From: Moniliella sp. 'wahieum'
Taxonomy: Eukaryota
NCBI GenBank assembly: GCA_003971905.1
Contig: RSEE01000022.1
Coordinates: 124,001 to 188,000, forward strand
Length of the DNA: 64,000 nt
Reading direction: 5' to 3'
Position numbers and translations under genes: made by a program. Positions 11,805 through 26,850 of the stretch are shown piece after piece. The notes under the pieces were generated by a model. It did no database searches. It saw nothing but the letters and a program-made list of their open reading frames with translations, and was not told the DNA's origin. The stretch's first letter is position 1; every line of letters begins with the position of its first letter.

Positions 11805-12636
11805 TTAAATCAGCGGCGGGGGACCTTTTGCCGGAGGGTGGCGGGGACGACGGGGGCATTTGGCAACAAAGTGACCGCGAGTGCCGCAGTAGAAGCAGGC
11901 CCCTATATCTCGGCGCTCGACGCGCCGGGCTGCTGCTCGTTGGCATCGGTAGCCCTTCTGAGTTGCACAGGCTCGGGAGATGAGAGCCGAGGAGACGAAT
12001 GCAAACCGGTCGACGCCGGGGGGAACGCGGTGCCATATGCGCCCAGCGAGTGGGATTGGTCGATGTCGATGGCTACCGTGCATAAGTCCTCGAAAGAAAT
12101 CTGGTCCAAATGGGTCGATGTGCCGCGGGCAGCAATGGCTTCGCGCACCCGCGGCTTCAAACCGTACATGAAGTACCAGTACCGGCACTCGGCCGTCGCT
12201 GAGGGGTTCCATCGACCCAACAGGGCCATGAACATAGCACAGAGTCGGCTGCGGATCCCGTCTGCCTGAGCTGGAGGAACTGCTCAAACGCCTCCTGCGC
12301 TGAGTGTTGCTTATCCCGTTGCTCTACCATGGCCGCATGGCACGTAGTATGGGACTGGAGGAAGGATGCGGTGCGCGCCTCCTTCGATGGCGCGGCCTCC
12401 GAGCCAAAGTGATCGACCCAGGTGAGGGCCTTGTTGCCAGTCTGCGCCTTCCGCGCGGACGCGGCCAGACGGACCTCCTCAGCATCGAGCGCCGTGTCAA
12501 AGACGTGGCGCTGGTCTTCCTCTACAGGAAGGCAGACCTGGTTCTGATGAGGCTCCCTCGCCAAGTACTGGTGCATCGGGCGGGGCTCTTCGATGCGCCG
12601 CTCGGCGGCATGCGCTGGTAAAGCAGACTGAGACAT
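11805..12636 (-). mobile_element. Ty3/gypsy-like gag (capsid plus zinc knuckle), no pol seen
   Basis: KALTW, FLQLRQTGSAAD, FMYGLKPRVREAI, PEPVQL and CFYCGTRGHFVAKC (CX2CX4HX4C), joined across two frameshifts, ending in a stop at 11805. Confidence 0.8.
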
Positions 12637-14231
12637 CTCACGGGGTGCGCAGCCCGGAGTTAGGCGCGCGCAACAACAGGCATCTCTGGTCCAGCTCTCG
12701 TCTGTTGACGGTAAGATTCCACAACAGCGATAATGCCGCCATTCCGCTGAAGGCGAGGAAATCCACAGCGGAGCGACAGTGGGATTGAAGCAACCGCGCG
12801 TGCGTAAGATGCAAGAAAAAGAAAATTATGGGAGCGAGAGCTGATTCAGCACAGTCTCACTATCATATGGTTTTTTTATGGCCAAAAGTACTAGGGCCTA
12901 ACCGCGGCCTATGAGGAGATGGTGATGGTAGGGAAATGTTGGAGAGCATAATCAAGTAGAAAGGAGGCGAGCTGGGAGATGAAGCTTGAAGGGGTAATGA
13001 TTGCGTCACATAGAGAAAGAAGAGAGCATAGACAAAAAGGGGGGGAAACAGACTCTATAAAGAGATCAGGGTTCAGTCAGCCGACCTGGGGGCCGTATGT
13101 GGGACCACGTGGGTCTAGTCCCGGTAAGCAGACTGCGACAATAACGCCAAGTGTTGACATCCGTCCTAGGACCGCGCGGACCCTGAGTCACGTGAGTCAG
13201 TTTTCATTCCTTCCGAGCTCGCACCAGCCTTCTGGACGAGTCAGTCGCAGAAACTTCTTAGTGGAATACGACGTTCAGTGCTCACATTCTGTGGTAGTAG
13301 CGAGGCCGACACCAAGTGCCATGGATGCTGTTGGCATATAGGACCGGATAAACAGAAGGAGGAGAAGGTGATTGGATTGGAGCCAGAGAGTTGGGTCCGG
13401 ATGCGGAGAGGCCCTACTAGGCACAGGACCAGTGGGGCATGCAGGAAAAACTGCAAGGCCCACAAGGCCAGTGCCACGGTGGGACAATACCCGCAGCGTG
13501 GAAACCTGTGGAACCGAGGCGAACTTGGTATACCGACTGTGAGAGCCGGAGAAACACGGCAGCCCAAGAGGTACACTCAAGAGCCTTTCTTCCCTTTTTG
13601 GTTATGAGGCAATGACGACGCGAAGATATCATCCCATTTTGTTAGAGATGGTTCATCAGTCACTGCTCACATGGCTCTTCAAGCTTCACATGCCTACCGC
13701 ACGCTCTCCCGTACGCACTAGAAAGTGCCCGCTGAAGGCGCTAAAGGGCCCTGATATGCCTGACACCTTACAGCCTGCTGGAGACTCCGCTTGTTTCCTA
13801 ATTGGGCTTTGGCGCCCACAAGCAGCACGCCCCGGGTGACCAGTGAGGGGGTGATGAGCAGCGCCGTTTAGGCGCAGCGTGCTTTTTGTTCCAGTACTAA
13901 CAAGCTCTGTTGTAGAATACGGCGATACAACGTTGGCTATACAACTAATCATTGGGCGCTCTCCTGCGATATACCCAACACAGGGGCTCTGCCTGGCACG
14001 CCTATACTCAAGTGTACAATAATATGGTTTTCGATGTGAGGTCAATGAAGGCAATGTCCACACAAAAAAGAGCATATATATAGTGTGCGCGCGCTGCGCC
14101 CCTTCCATCTATCTCCATCTTGCCCACCACCTCCTCTGCCTCCATCTCCTACCATCACCTCTCTGCCTCCATCTTGCCATCAGCCCTCCATCTTGCCCTC
14201 CATCAGCATCCACAACGACCTCATACTCACC

Positions 14232-15832
14232 ATGCCCGCCCAGAGCCTGAACGGACAGGTATCCCATCACATCGTCGACGACGCTGAGAGCTGGTCTTCA
14301 CCAACGCTGAGCGCTGAACAGGTCAAGGCTAGCGACCTGTACATCAAAACGCTTTACCGGTATGTCATTCCTTCTGCCTCTCTCTCTGACATTGGCCCTC
14401 ATTAATCATTCCTATATACACTAATCGGATTCACCTCCTCTCTGTGTACAGCATGGCAAAGCATCACACCACACAACTCCTCACGTACTTCCAGAGTGTC
14501 GCCAAACTTGAGAGGGACACTGCCCGTCAGCTCAACGATGCGGGAAGCGTGATCCAAGTTCCAGTTCCAGAAGGAACCCAGCTCCTCTTCAATAACGATG
14601 AAAGGGGATTCCAAAACGCACTTGCTGCCATTCGTGACCAGACACGCTCGATTAGCGAAGCGCATGACAGCATCGCTCAGACAGTGGAGCGATTGATCGT
14701 TCGGAAACTTCACGACCGTTGCAAGGACATCAACACCCACATCTCCAACATTCGGGAGGAAACGGCACAGCTGGCTATCTGCGCGGACAGGGAGCGCAAG
14801 GCCACCGCCAAGGCAGTGGCTGAACTGTCCAAGGCCATTTCACGTTGCAAGCATCAGGACCCCACGAACATCTCGGGGCGCGATGATCCGTGGGTGCGAA
14901 ACATGGCCGTGACGCTCCAGATGGAACAACAAATCAAGCATGAGAATGAGTTGCAAAAGTCAACGATTAACATGCAGAGGAACTCCGAACAGCTTGAAGG
15001 TCAAATTGTCCGAACCATCAAAGAAGTGTGGCATTCCTTTGACCAGGAGTCGGACCGCATGGCAACCGATGTGCAGCAACGATGGGCTTCGCGTGGTGAA
15101 AGATGGAAGTTATCTCCCACAGCAGAGTGGATTCGTTTGTCTCGGATCACTCAGGCCAGTTTATCGACCTGACAGTCAGCCTTTCAATCCCGATACGGTC
15201 AAATACCCGGGCAAGGAGGATGCTTTGGTGGTTCCAACGTTCGAGGGGGCGCTGAAGCGTAAGAACCGCTTTACCAAGGCCTACCATCAATCATATTTTG
15301 TTATCACCAAGGCCGGCTTTCTCCAACAGTACCATACCTCCGACCGGGCTAAACATTCCAAGCCGATACTCTCCCTCTTACTTCGCGACTACACCTTGAG
15401 CCCTCTTCCCTACGCTCAGAGAAGGGTCACAGGTTTAACCTCACTATGGGCACACCGGACGACTGCGCTTCTATGTTCAGTTTCTGGAGTGACAAGACGT
15501 ATGTGTTTCGGGCTGACAGCGACAGCGATATGAAGCTGTGGTGCAACAGATCGAAGAACTAGCCGAAAAGAAACATACCACCGTGTACGAGGAAGGCGAC
15601 CCCACGAGCTCAGCATTGGATGTGGTTCCGTTAACCGGATATTACCGTTCCGTTTCGAATGAGAACGAAGCCATTCCGGAGCAGAGGGCTGCAACTAACG
15701 GACAGGCGGGCACAAGCACAGCGAAGGCGAAGATTGGAAGAACTGGTGGTACTTGTGCTCATTGAGGGAGACGACACGGTTAATAAGGGGGAAAACACTC
15801 TTTCAATCCGGACCGAGATGGAGGACAATTGA
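14232..15832 (+). CDS. Slm1/Slm2-like BAR plus PH domain protein
   Basis: Helical region YFQSVAKLERDTARQL..DDPWVRN followed by PH domain FEGALKRKNRFTKAYHQSYFVITKAGFLQQY; intron after ~14359; 3' end uncertain (15765 or 15832). Confidence 0.78.
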
Positions 15833-16432
15833 AGTGGAAGCTTCTTCTGCCAAATAGTGAGAGGCTGGGGAGAATCCACACACCCATGACAATGCGAATG
15901 ATGATGTGAATGAACCACGGATCTCATGTACGAAAATTATAGAAATCGGAAGTAGGGTAGGATAAAAGTCTTAATACATCAAAACCATCGTCTTCGCCAC
16001 AATCTGCGACGGTTTGTTGCTTGAGCTGGACCAAAGACGGATCCTGCCTTTCCCAATCGCACGAGTCTTCTTCGCGGCGTTCATGCTGGGTCGGGCTTGG
16101 GAAAACGCAAATGCCAGGGAAGAATAGTGCGGGCATTCTATAGTGAGGTGTGCTTTTAAGCTTCATTGGCATATCTATATTTATATCTCCTTCTATTACT
16201 TTTCTATAGCCCCCCACGCATGCGGTTTCTCACAAAGAGTATATGTTTTGGAGGTGTGTGGATCATCGGAGACTGGATCGCGCCTGAAGAGAGGTTGTTG
16301 CTTTTGTAGCCCAGCTGCTTGGGACCATTCATTGGATAGTCTTGGGTGCCGAAGAGGGCCAGTCGATAGGATGCAATTGTTGCAGCTTGCAGCTTGCACG
16401 GCCGAAGCTTGCAACTTGAAATTCCTTTCTGA

Positions 16433-16442
16433 GTCACGTGAC
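16433..16442. promoter_or_regulatory. GTCACGTGAC E-box palindrome ~100 bp upstream of REV7
   Basis: Perfect 10-bp palindrome matching the bHLH (Cbf1-type) RTCACGTG site; related GTCACGTG at 19725 (upstream of ATP2) and CACGTGAC at 39442. Confidence 0.4.
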
Positions 16443-16542
16443 ACGAGCGGGCGACGCTTCGGTGGGCGACTACTCTCAGTGACCGCGGGCAGCCGCGTAC
16501 AGGCATGCTGTCTGTCTATCTGTCCATCCATTGCCTTCCACC

Positions 16543-17605
16543 ATGCTTCGCCCAACACCGCGCACGCGGGCACACCAGCGCTCGCACCCTCCAGGATTGA
16601 CGAGGCAAGGTATGTTACCTACTCTATGTCGTGCGGCACGCTTCTTCCTAACTGTCGGTCCAGATGTGGCCCAAGAGCTGATCGAGTTTGGTACGTCTGT
16701 CCTGGCCCATGTGCTCCTCGTCCTAACTCCCACCCCTCTCACGCAGTCGGGTGGCGATCCAATGCATCCTCAAGACCCGCCAGATCTATCCTGCGGGTGT
16801 GTGCTGCCCAGTACGAGGCGTCCCGACCCCACTGACTTTTCGGCATCAGAATCCTTTGCCCAGCGGCGCAAGTACAACCTGCCCGTCTGGCAGACGCGCC
16901 ACCCCGGTGTGAGCCAGTACTTTGGGGAAGCGCTCATCACCATGCGTGCACAGCTACTCCAATCGGAGTTTGAGGGGGAGATTGGGCTAAAGATTTACAA
17001 CCGGGTATCGGATGAGGTGTACGACGCTACACTTTCGCACCATCCCGGTTGAGAGGTAGTGGAAGCCGCCCAACCGCTGACGAAGATGGCTTGCTGGTGT
17101 CCCCCACCACGTGTGCCGGGCGACCAACTGACTGCTCACGGATCCCATAGCGACCTTACGCTGTCTCGCGCGACGCTGCAGCTACACTTTCGATCCCTCC
17201 TTGTCCACCTTTTGCACCTGGATCAGTTCCCTCCACCAGGACCAGATCAAGGTACGCTTCCCCTCGCTGCGCAACTGCCGTTGTCCCCCTGACCCTCTTC
17301 TCTTGGCTGCAATAGATCGGACTGTCTCGTTGACACTCACGTTACCGGGAGACCAACACTTGGAAGATGATGATTGGCACCACGCCTCCACCAGCCCAGA
17401 GCAACGACCCAGCCTGGGACCCTGGACGGTCGAGGTCGGGGTGGTGGAGATCCAGCTCAGTGTGGCGGGTGTAATCATGGACTGGCTCAGAGCCGGAAAT
17501 CAGGCGAGCCCGGAGCTCGAACCTGTCTCCTTTTCTGGCTTTCCCTTTCAAACGGGTGGCGTACAGAGCGGGGCCGACTTTGGGGATGATGATGGAGACG
17601 GCTAA
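16543..17605 (+). CDS. REV7: HORMA-domain protein, DNA polymerase zeta accessory subunit Rev7
   Basis: Multi-exon; VAIQCILKTRQIYP, ESFAQRRKYNLPVWQTRHPGVSQY are typical Rev7 motifs. Confidence 0.8.
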
Positions 17606-17748
17606 AAACAGGCCTCATTATCATCATCAATCATCGGAGCGCTATAGAGGACGAAAGACAAGTTGGCAAGGAGGCATTGATATTTGTGGATTGTGCACCT
17701 ATATCCATCCCGGAGCAGATCCGGGAAGAACGAGAAAGGGCAGACAAA

Positions 17749-19410
<1,662 letters not shown>

Positions 19411-21394
19411 GGCAGGCTCGGCGGGCAGCAGAGGCGGTGGAAGAAAAGACAGGCGAGGCAGCCCAGAGGCGCACGAGGTGCGGCTGCTGCGTGCCGCCTG
19501 TGTCGCGCTGTGCCGCCCGGGTGCTGGCGTGCGCTCCGGCCACCGCGCCACGGCGCCAGCCTCGCCCACCCGGGCCTTTCCGCACACTGGCGCTGCGCTG
19601 TGCCCAGCCAGCGCAGTCCACTGCGCGGCACCTCGCCAGTCTTACTAATTGGCCCCAGCAGTGGCACCTGCGCGACGATGCCTGAGCTGAACTTTGAAAC
19701 CGAAGGGGCTGTGCAATTGAAACGGTCACGTGGTGGATGAGCTCAGCGGCGCCCTGGGCACCTGGTCCGATCTCAGATCCCAGGATCCCTCAGGGCCTCC
19801 GTATACTCAGTAGCCCAGACCTCAGCCTCAGGTCGCCCCCATCGTCTGGAGAGGCGCACCCCCTCCCCCTCCCCCCCGGCACCAACCTCCGCCGTCGCCG
19901 TGCCCGCTACAGATTACGGCTTGGTCCAACTTGCACCCGCACCCGCTTGTGCTCGGCCGAGCTCTTGCCCCCGACACAGACTGCAACCAGTAATTAGGTC
20001 GCCACTCTAGGCGTACTGCCCTAAAATACCAATACATGGCATGTGTGCATTCTAGAGCTTGAGATGACTGTGCGGTTGTGCCAGCGCTCCTGTGGATCCC
20101 GTCCAGCGCCACCAGCGACCATTATGGCCTGCTCTTCCTGCTTTCAATCAACTCAATACTGGCTTCAGGCCTCAGGCGCCTCGGTGCTCTTCTGGAAAAC
20201 ATGTACTACCGCAGCTCCGGAGGGTCGCCTCCACACCTCAACCGGCAGCACAATGTGCAAGAGTAATAACTAACTACCTTTGTCACCCTGTGCCACCCAG
20301 CAAAAGTGCTTCGCCCTCATAATCTGACTACTACTGTTTTCTCCCCACAGCAGCCCGCACCTCTCTTTTCTTCCACACTGTGTCGCATAGTGGCCCCAGC
20401 AACCAACAAAGCGGACAACCAACAACGCGGACAACCCGGACAATCAAAGCTGGTACTGTGCTTCTTCTTTGCGCTGTCCCAGGCTGCCCCCCTCTGCCCT
20501 CCTAGAGGAAATAGGGTCTTCTGATAGCGGAAACAGTTTCATGACAGCAGGCGGTCTCTGTTATAGTTATTCAATGATTAACTTGGCAGTCCAACAAATG
20601 ACTGGACAAAAAGACTTGGCTGCATCTCTGATCGATCTGGTCATTGAACTCAAAACTGACCCCACGCCCCCACACTCGAGACGGCAGACGAAATGAGCGT
20701 CATGCATTTCTTGATGACTGTCGCACGCACTCTCTCGAGATGAGGTCTCACTGTGGCAGAGGCAAAAACATGCAGCGATATAACGCGTAACGATCTGAGC
20801 GTTCAGTCGACGAGTAAGTAGCCCCAAAAGAGCTGTTTTCTTGGGATTATCATGATAGGATCAGAGAAGGGTGTTTTAAGAAGTAGGGGGGCTGTGTGCA
20901 ACTGGGAGTACACACGCTTTGTGGTTGGTCAATTCTCATCAATAAGGTGCTCCATCTGGTCATCACAGTCGTCTCCTAAGGCCTGGCTCAGATATATCAG
21001 GCCTCAGGGCCTCAGGCCACATCGACCTCATCGGGGCGAATGTAGGGATGGATCCGCAGACCAATCAACCTCTGTGTCTGTTGCTGCTGCCATCTTAGCT
21101 GGACGCTGGCGCTGAGCGCTCAGTGAGAGTCCGCCGTGAACCTGAATAGCCTGAGTGGGATTCGCAAGTGCGGGGTTTAATATTAACAAACTGGGCAGGC
21201 ACTGCGCCCCTTATCAGCCCTTACCTCATCAACGTTCAATGTTTAACAGGCTCTCATCGATCATCGATCATCGCATCGCCAGCCCCACACTCGTATTTAA
21301 AGCACAGCCTGCTGGGGAAAGGCGCTTAGCATCCCCTCTTCATCCCCACCATCTCGCCCCCAATGGAGCACCTCCCGCCTCCCCAGACCCCACC

Positions 21395-22052
21395 ATGGTG
21401 TTTCGTGTGCCAGCACACAGCAGTTGTCCAAGTCTATTTCTACTTACGAGGCACGGTCGGCGTCCTATGCCGATGCTGCTCGGCCAACCTATTGACTGGC
21501 CCCCCTCATGTGACTACGCTCGCCGAGCCTTATGGGCTTTACGAGGCCAGCCTATTCATTTCGGACCTGCTTGAAGAAGCCGAAGAAGAAGAAGAAGTTG
21601 GGCTTGGGGAGCATTACTATTCGTGGGCCCAACGCGCTCTCAACCGCTGGGCAGCGGGCAAGCTGTTGGAGAAACGAGAACGGCGCCGGTTTCAACGGGA
21701 GCCCATTGTCGCCTGAAAACGAATGTGGACCTTCGCTTCCCATTATTCCAACCTAGTGGAACCAAAAACACGGGATCATGTTCGATCTGCTTGGAGGATT
21801 GGCCACGGTTACCGACGTTCTGGCCAACCCTGTAATAAGCCCATCCAAGCAGCCATCCAACACACTTTCATTTCCGCAACAGCCAAGGACCGATTACCAG
21901 GGGATGTGCAAATGCTTGAAGCCGATGAATGGGAGCAATTGCAGACCAATATGAAGCCTCGCTTCCTCCTACCCCTCAACCGTCCGCTTTCAACACCATT
22001 CTTAACACGGCAACCCTGCTTCTCCAACACGGCCCCCCTCTTCGGAAGTTGA
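21395..22052 (+). CDS. Possible small degenerate RING-H2-like protein or relic
   Basis: TATA-like TATTTAAA ~21294, broken ORFs with CSICLEDW..PC..HTF; the remaining ligands are not clear. Confidence 0.3.
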
Positions 22053-23302
22053 TACTAAAGGCACAGTTTTGCCCTGCGGGCATATATTTCACCATGACTC
22101 ATCATGCCATGGCTGGCGAAGAACTGTTCCTGTCCCATGTGCCGCACCGAGCTGTAGCACATTCGGGTGCACCATTTTGGATGGCGTTCGGCTGTTTCGT
22201 ATTACTTAAAACAAACGCACACATTACCCGGCTTGTTTTCTCGTGAATTAAACAGAGCCCCCTTTTGACTCCCGCATAACCTTTACCCTCTGCTCTCATA
22301 GGAGCATAGACTCTCGCACAACTCGTAAACACACGAGTTGATTACAATGTGCATGTGTACTACAACAAACGCCACAACCGGACCTGACGCCACAATCAAT
22401 AGAGCGCATTCACCCTGTTACCGGGGAAATAGAGCCGCGGCTAATACAGTATGTCTCCTGATTGTAACGGGGTTGCCGACTTCCCAGGCGGAGACATTCC
22501 CTGTCCATCGGAGATAAGACTCACCTTCCCTGCTCAAAGGAGATAAGACTCACGAGGACTGAAAGTTTCATATCCAAGTTAAGGAACACTGGCGTGAACG
22601 TAGGAGGGTCGCGAATAGTGTGTTGTCGTTCATCGGGCAGAGCCACGCAGCGTCTGCAAAGGAGGTTGCACGTTAGGGGTCGGGAGGGAAAGCGGGGAGC
22701 TCCCAGGGGCCAGTAGGGCAAGCGAGCTGATCGAAAAGGTGGTTATTCTAGAGTGGAGTTCGCATAGAAAAGGGTGAGCGGAAAAGAATGGTGCAATTGA
22801 ACCTAAGAACAGGCAGGTTTGAAAGAAGAGAAGGGGAACAAAGGAAAAACCAACAGGTTTACAGCGAAACTGGGAAACGAGTACGGGGAGAAAAGTGGGA
22901 CCAAGCACGAGAGGCACGAGGCGAGAGACGAAGCGTGGGTCAATGGAAATACGGCCGATACGAGAAACGAGGCGAGAAACGGAGGTGAAACCATGTGTAG
23001 TGTTTTGGAATTAAGACAAGCGCGAGTGAAGAAGAGACAGAGTAGTGATAAGGAGAGAAGCCGAGAAGCGAGAGCGACGATAAAAGGAAGTGAAGGTGGA
23101 TTTGCAAGGGGACTTACGTCGCCCAGTGACGATGAAGAGCTCCGCAACTCATCTCATGGTTCTCTCTCGTTGAAATACATGCCAGGGTCCCACTTAGTAG
23201 TCGGGACGCTCGAAGGAAGGAGGGGCATGCGGGCGAGAGCCCTTTTCAATGGCATGCCCAAACACCGAAGAAAGGAGGGGGGTACCAAGCGTCCAGTCCC
23301 TG

Positions 23303-23505
23303 TGTCAGACTCACGCCGTGCTAGGGGGTTCTTGGCCCATTAGGCCTGTATGGGAATCACATATGGCATGATTCTCATCAGTTGGAGAACCTGTGTCCAC
23401 TCTGGACTGTGCCCTCGTCCTTCTGATATCATATACCCCTAGTCCTCCCTCTATATATGTATCAGATCCATCTCCTCCCTTTCCTCCATCTCACATTTCC
23501 TGACA
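23303..23505 (+). mobile_element. Solo-LTR-like segment
   Basis: Bounded by TGTCAG...CTGACA, internal TATA-like CTATATAT and CT-rich tract; first 18 bp recur exactly at 25565. Flanks CCCTG/TCCAG are not a clean TSD. Confidence 0.45.
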
Positions 23506-23628
23506 TCCAGCTCTAACCTTGGCCTGCGCTGGCAGAAGCTTAACGTCGATAGTATGCCCAATGACCAAAAGCCTGGCTGAACCTATTACTCGCGCTCCCT
23601 TTTTTTGCCCGTGACGCCTAGTACACGT

Positions 23629-24830
23629 CGTCCATTTCATTGGCAGACTTAAGAAGGCTGGGACAGGGGAACGCTACGTCTAAACCTAACCGTTCATCTT
23701 GCGGGGGTTACTTAGGGCGCCACCAGGGTCAAGGAACCAGGGGGATCGCCAGGATATCAGGACCCTCCGGCTCACGCCATCCGGCCCGTACCCTAGGAGC
23801 GCGTATGGACACGGAGGAACGTGGTTAACATCCGAGCGAGGAACCATTTCCACTGAGACTTAGTAGCCAACTCCTTCCAATGCGCAAACAACTTGCTCGC
23901 CGTCTTGGTGCCGTAGTATCCTCGCGTCGTCAAAACCAGGGGGAAAACGTCTCTTGAGTGCGTCCCTGGTACTTGGCGTTCTTCTGCATTCTGCTTGTTC
24001 AAGCATCCGAAGCAGCTCCTTCTCTCCCGGCGTTCCAAGGGGGTTGCGGTGCTCGCATGCACCACCCTCCGGAACGCGCTCTGCGCTGCCAGTGATCCCG
24101 TGTCGCGCAGCGTGTGGTCGACCTCCATTCCGAGCCTCCGAGTGCTCCGGGTCCCATCATGCGGTAGTCAGTGCGCTGTGTCCTCTGTCTCCGGCCATCC
24201 TCGTCCTCCACCATTGGTTCGTTGTGGACATGGTGTCGGGAATGGAGCGTAGGAGCTGGAGAATGGGCTCCCGCACTGCGTCATGCAACGCTCCAAACTT
24301 GGCCTGGGAGCGAGTGCAATACATGATGTGCTCCAGCGAGGACATGACACCGCACTTGCACATGCTGCGCGTGGTGCGGCACAGCGTGCGGAGCTGGAGA
24401 CCAACCTGGACCTGCTGGTCGGAGAGCCTGAGGTACGGGACGGACGGAATGGCGGAAGCCAGTTGTGGCTCAGCGGTTGCTGTGCTCAACCACGTGACGA
24501 CCATCGGCAGCTCCAGCTTCTGGAGCAGCTCCTGTCGACTTTCTCCCACATCTCGCGCAGCGCTGGCTGTTTTGCTTCGTAAATGCGTTGGCCTCTGCTG
24601 TTTTGCGGTCCCGAACGGTCAACATAAGTGGTAATAAGATAGTCGTTGACCTCGTTGGCCGCGGCACGGGCGTGGGGCGCGATATACGAGTAGAGCGGGC
24701 TGCCGAATCCTCCTAGCCGGAGAGGCAGGCTCATGAGCATGTCGAAGTGGTCGTCCTTGGCACCTTGGGGATCCTCGTCGCCCCGGATCCGTCGGAACTC
24801 CGTACAGATGAAGGCATCGATCTCGGCCAT
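23629..24830 (-). mobile_element. 5'-truncated CRE/R2-like non-LTR retrotransposon (copy 2, longest)
   Basis: LPLRLGGFG, CKCGVMSSLEHIMYC, LHDAVR, RTDYR, MEVDHT, PLVLTTRG; short A-tract beyond the 3' end (T-run 23600-23606). Confidence 0.85.
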
Positions 24831-26639
24831 ATATCTAGAGCTTTCATCTCACAACCCACACAGTCTCAGCTCCATCAATCCATAACCCGCCCCAGTTCCG
24901 GTCTCAGACCAGCTTTGTCTCCCCCTCTGTATCTCTCTGACGAAGAATACTACCTACCGCACCATGTCATGCGCAAGAAGAGAAGTGGAAGAGGGTATGG
25001 CTTACGGTGAGGGAGTTGGGGGGATCAGTGGATTCTACTGTTGATACAGCGGATGCATACGCCTCTTTGGCTCAATGGTAAGGCGTCGCACTCGTAATGC
25101 GAAGATTAGTCGTTCGATTCGGCTAGGAGGCATTTTTTCCCCCTTTTTTTTTGGGGGGGGGGGTCGGCCTTGGATGAGGAAACCCAATAAAGAGTCGTGT
25201 CAAACCCAGGAAGGAGTTCGTCCAAGGCAGAATATTACGGCGATGAGAGTACCAAACAGCGTCGAATGCGTTGTATGAGTAGCAATATCGTGATGACACT
25301 GACGCATTGAACCTCCACGCGACCGACGCGTCTGTTGTTTGTGTATACTCGACTCTCTCTCCGCTCCGCTGGTCCACTGTGTCAGGAAAACGGGCAGTAA
25401 AAAGCCCAACGGAGCTTAAGCGATCACTTCGCCTTCCTGGCTTCGACCCCAAGTTGGTTGATGACCAACAGTTATGCCGTCTCGTCCTTGTTGGAGTTGA
25501 AGGTGAGAGAGCGGATTATTGTGGATCGATATGATAATGCCTGCTCAGAAAGGCGTGAGGATCGTGTCAGACTCACGCCGTGGATCGGATGCGAGCTCGC
25601 GGTGGCCAGCGCAACCACCAGTGCTATCACCTATATCACCAGGCCTATTACCTATATCCCTGTTGCGAAAATAGTCCCTTTTTGCCCTCAAGTGGATCGA
25701 TAATATAGCCACGCATGTGGCTACCGAATTGTCAGTCTCCTTGCGACGAAAGGCGCCCCGTAATCCTGTTTACCTTGACTCTCTAGGTTGCCCGTGCGGC
25801 AAACCGTTCCTCTTGTTTCCTCCTGTGTCCCCCGTTCTTCCTCTATTGCCTCGTTCCCCTATTAGTCCCTGTCTGTAAGCAATGGTTCGTGGTTTTCCCC
25901 CACGGTCCATTTTGGTGTCTCCCCCTCTACTGTGCCTGGCCAATGATTGATCAACCCACAGTGCAGGTAACTTCTCATCTAAGTCCCTCCCGGGCCCCTC
26001 GACCTTGTCCTATAGCTCCTCTATTCCTCTCTCAGCTTCTCAGCGAACCAAGCCGCGTGTGCCCTCCTCGCTCCACGTCGAAACCAAGTCCATCCGCCAC
26101 ATGGGTCCCCTTTCCAGCCGGGCCGCCTCCAGTCCCAGCCGAGCTTCAGCTCTGGTAGTGTTTGTCCTCCGCAGCCAATTCCTGTCCGTTATCTCCCGCG
26201 GATGCTTCGACACAACGCTACTACTGCGCAAAGCGGTGCTACGCAGCTTTTTGCAGACCTACAGCCTCCTCTGCTATCTATACGCCGAGAGGCCATTCCT
26301 TGCTCCTATAGCCCCGCTTGGACACACCAATCAGCTCATCAAAAGGACGTAACGATAACCATGAATTGAGAACCGAAGAACCTCCAACGGATTGTACCTA
26401 TAACCTCCCGAACGGGCCCCCTGACGGTGCCCGCCGGTGATTCACACTGTGTGGAGGAGCACTGCGGCGGATGTGGGGGGGGTTGACGGGTCTCGATCTG
26501 ATGCTCAAATCCGGAAGCTCAACTCAGATCTCACTTCTTCAGGTATTGCGTCCATAAATCCAAATTATTCAAGCTTTGAAAAGCCAAAACGAGCGGATCT
26601 CATCTCTTGGCCGTGTATAGTACTTTGGGGAGGTTCTGT

Positions 26640-26850
26640 TGAGCTGGGTGGCTCGTGCCTTTGGCCAATGCCCCTTCAGTTCTTCCTCAGGCCAAGGAGT
26701 TCCGCTGTTTTCCCTCTCCTGTTTTTTCTCATTGTCCTGCAGCTTAGCCCCTGATGGCGACTCGCTGCTTGATGTTCCTCTGTAGGCATTGCTGGTTGCC
26801 ACACCACCACCACCAGTGCGATTGCATCACCTTCGAGGGCTATCAGGACC
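26640..26850 (-). repeat. Dispersed non-coding repeat B, second copy
   Basis: Reverse complement aligns by eye with 10745-10990. Confidence 0.8.

Noticed and set aside
13004..13140. Possible LTR upstream of the gag ORF (imperfect TGTCGC...GTGACG on the minus strand)
   Set aside because: Termini are imperfect and no partner LTR is seen downstream of gag.
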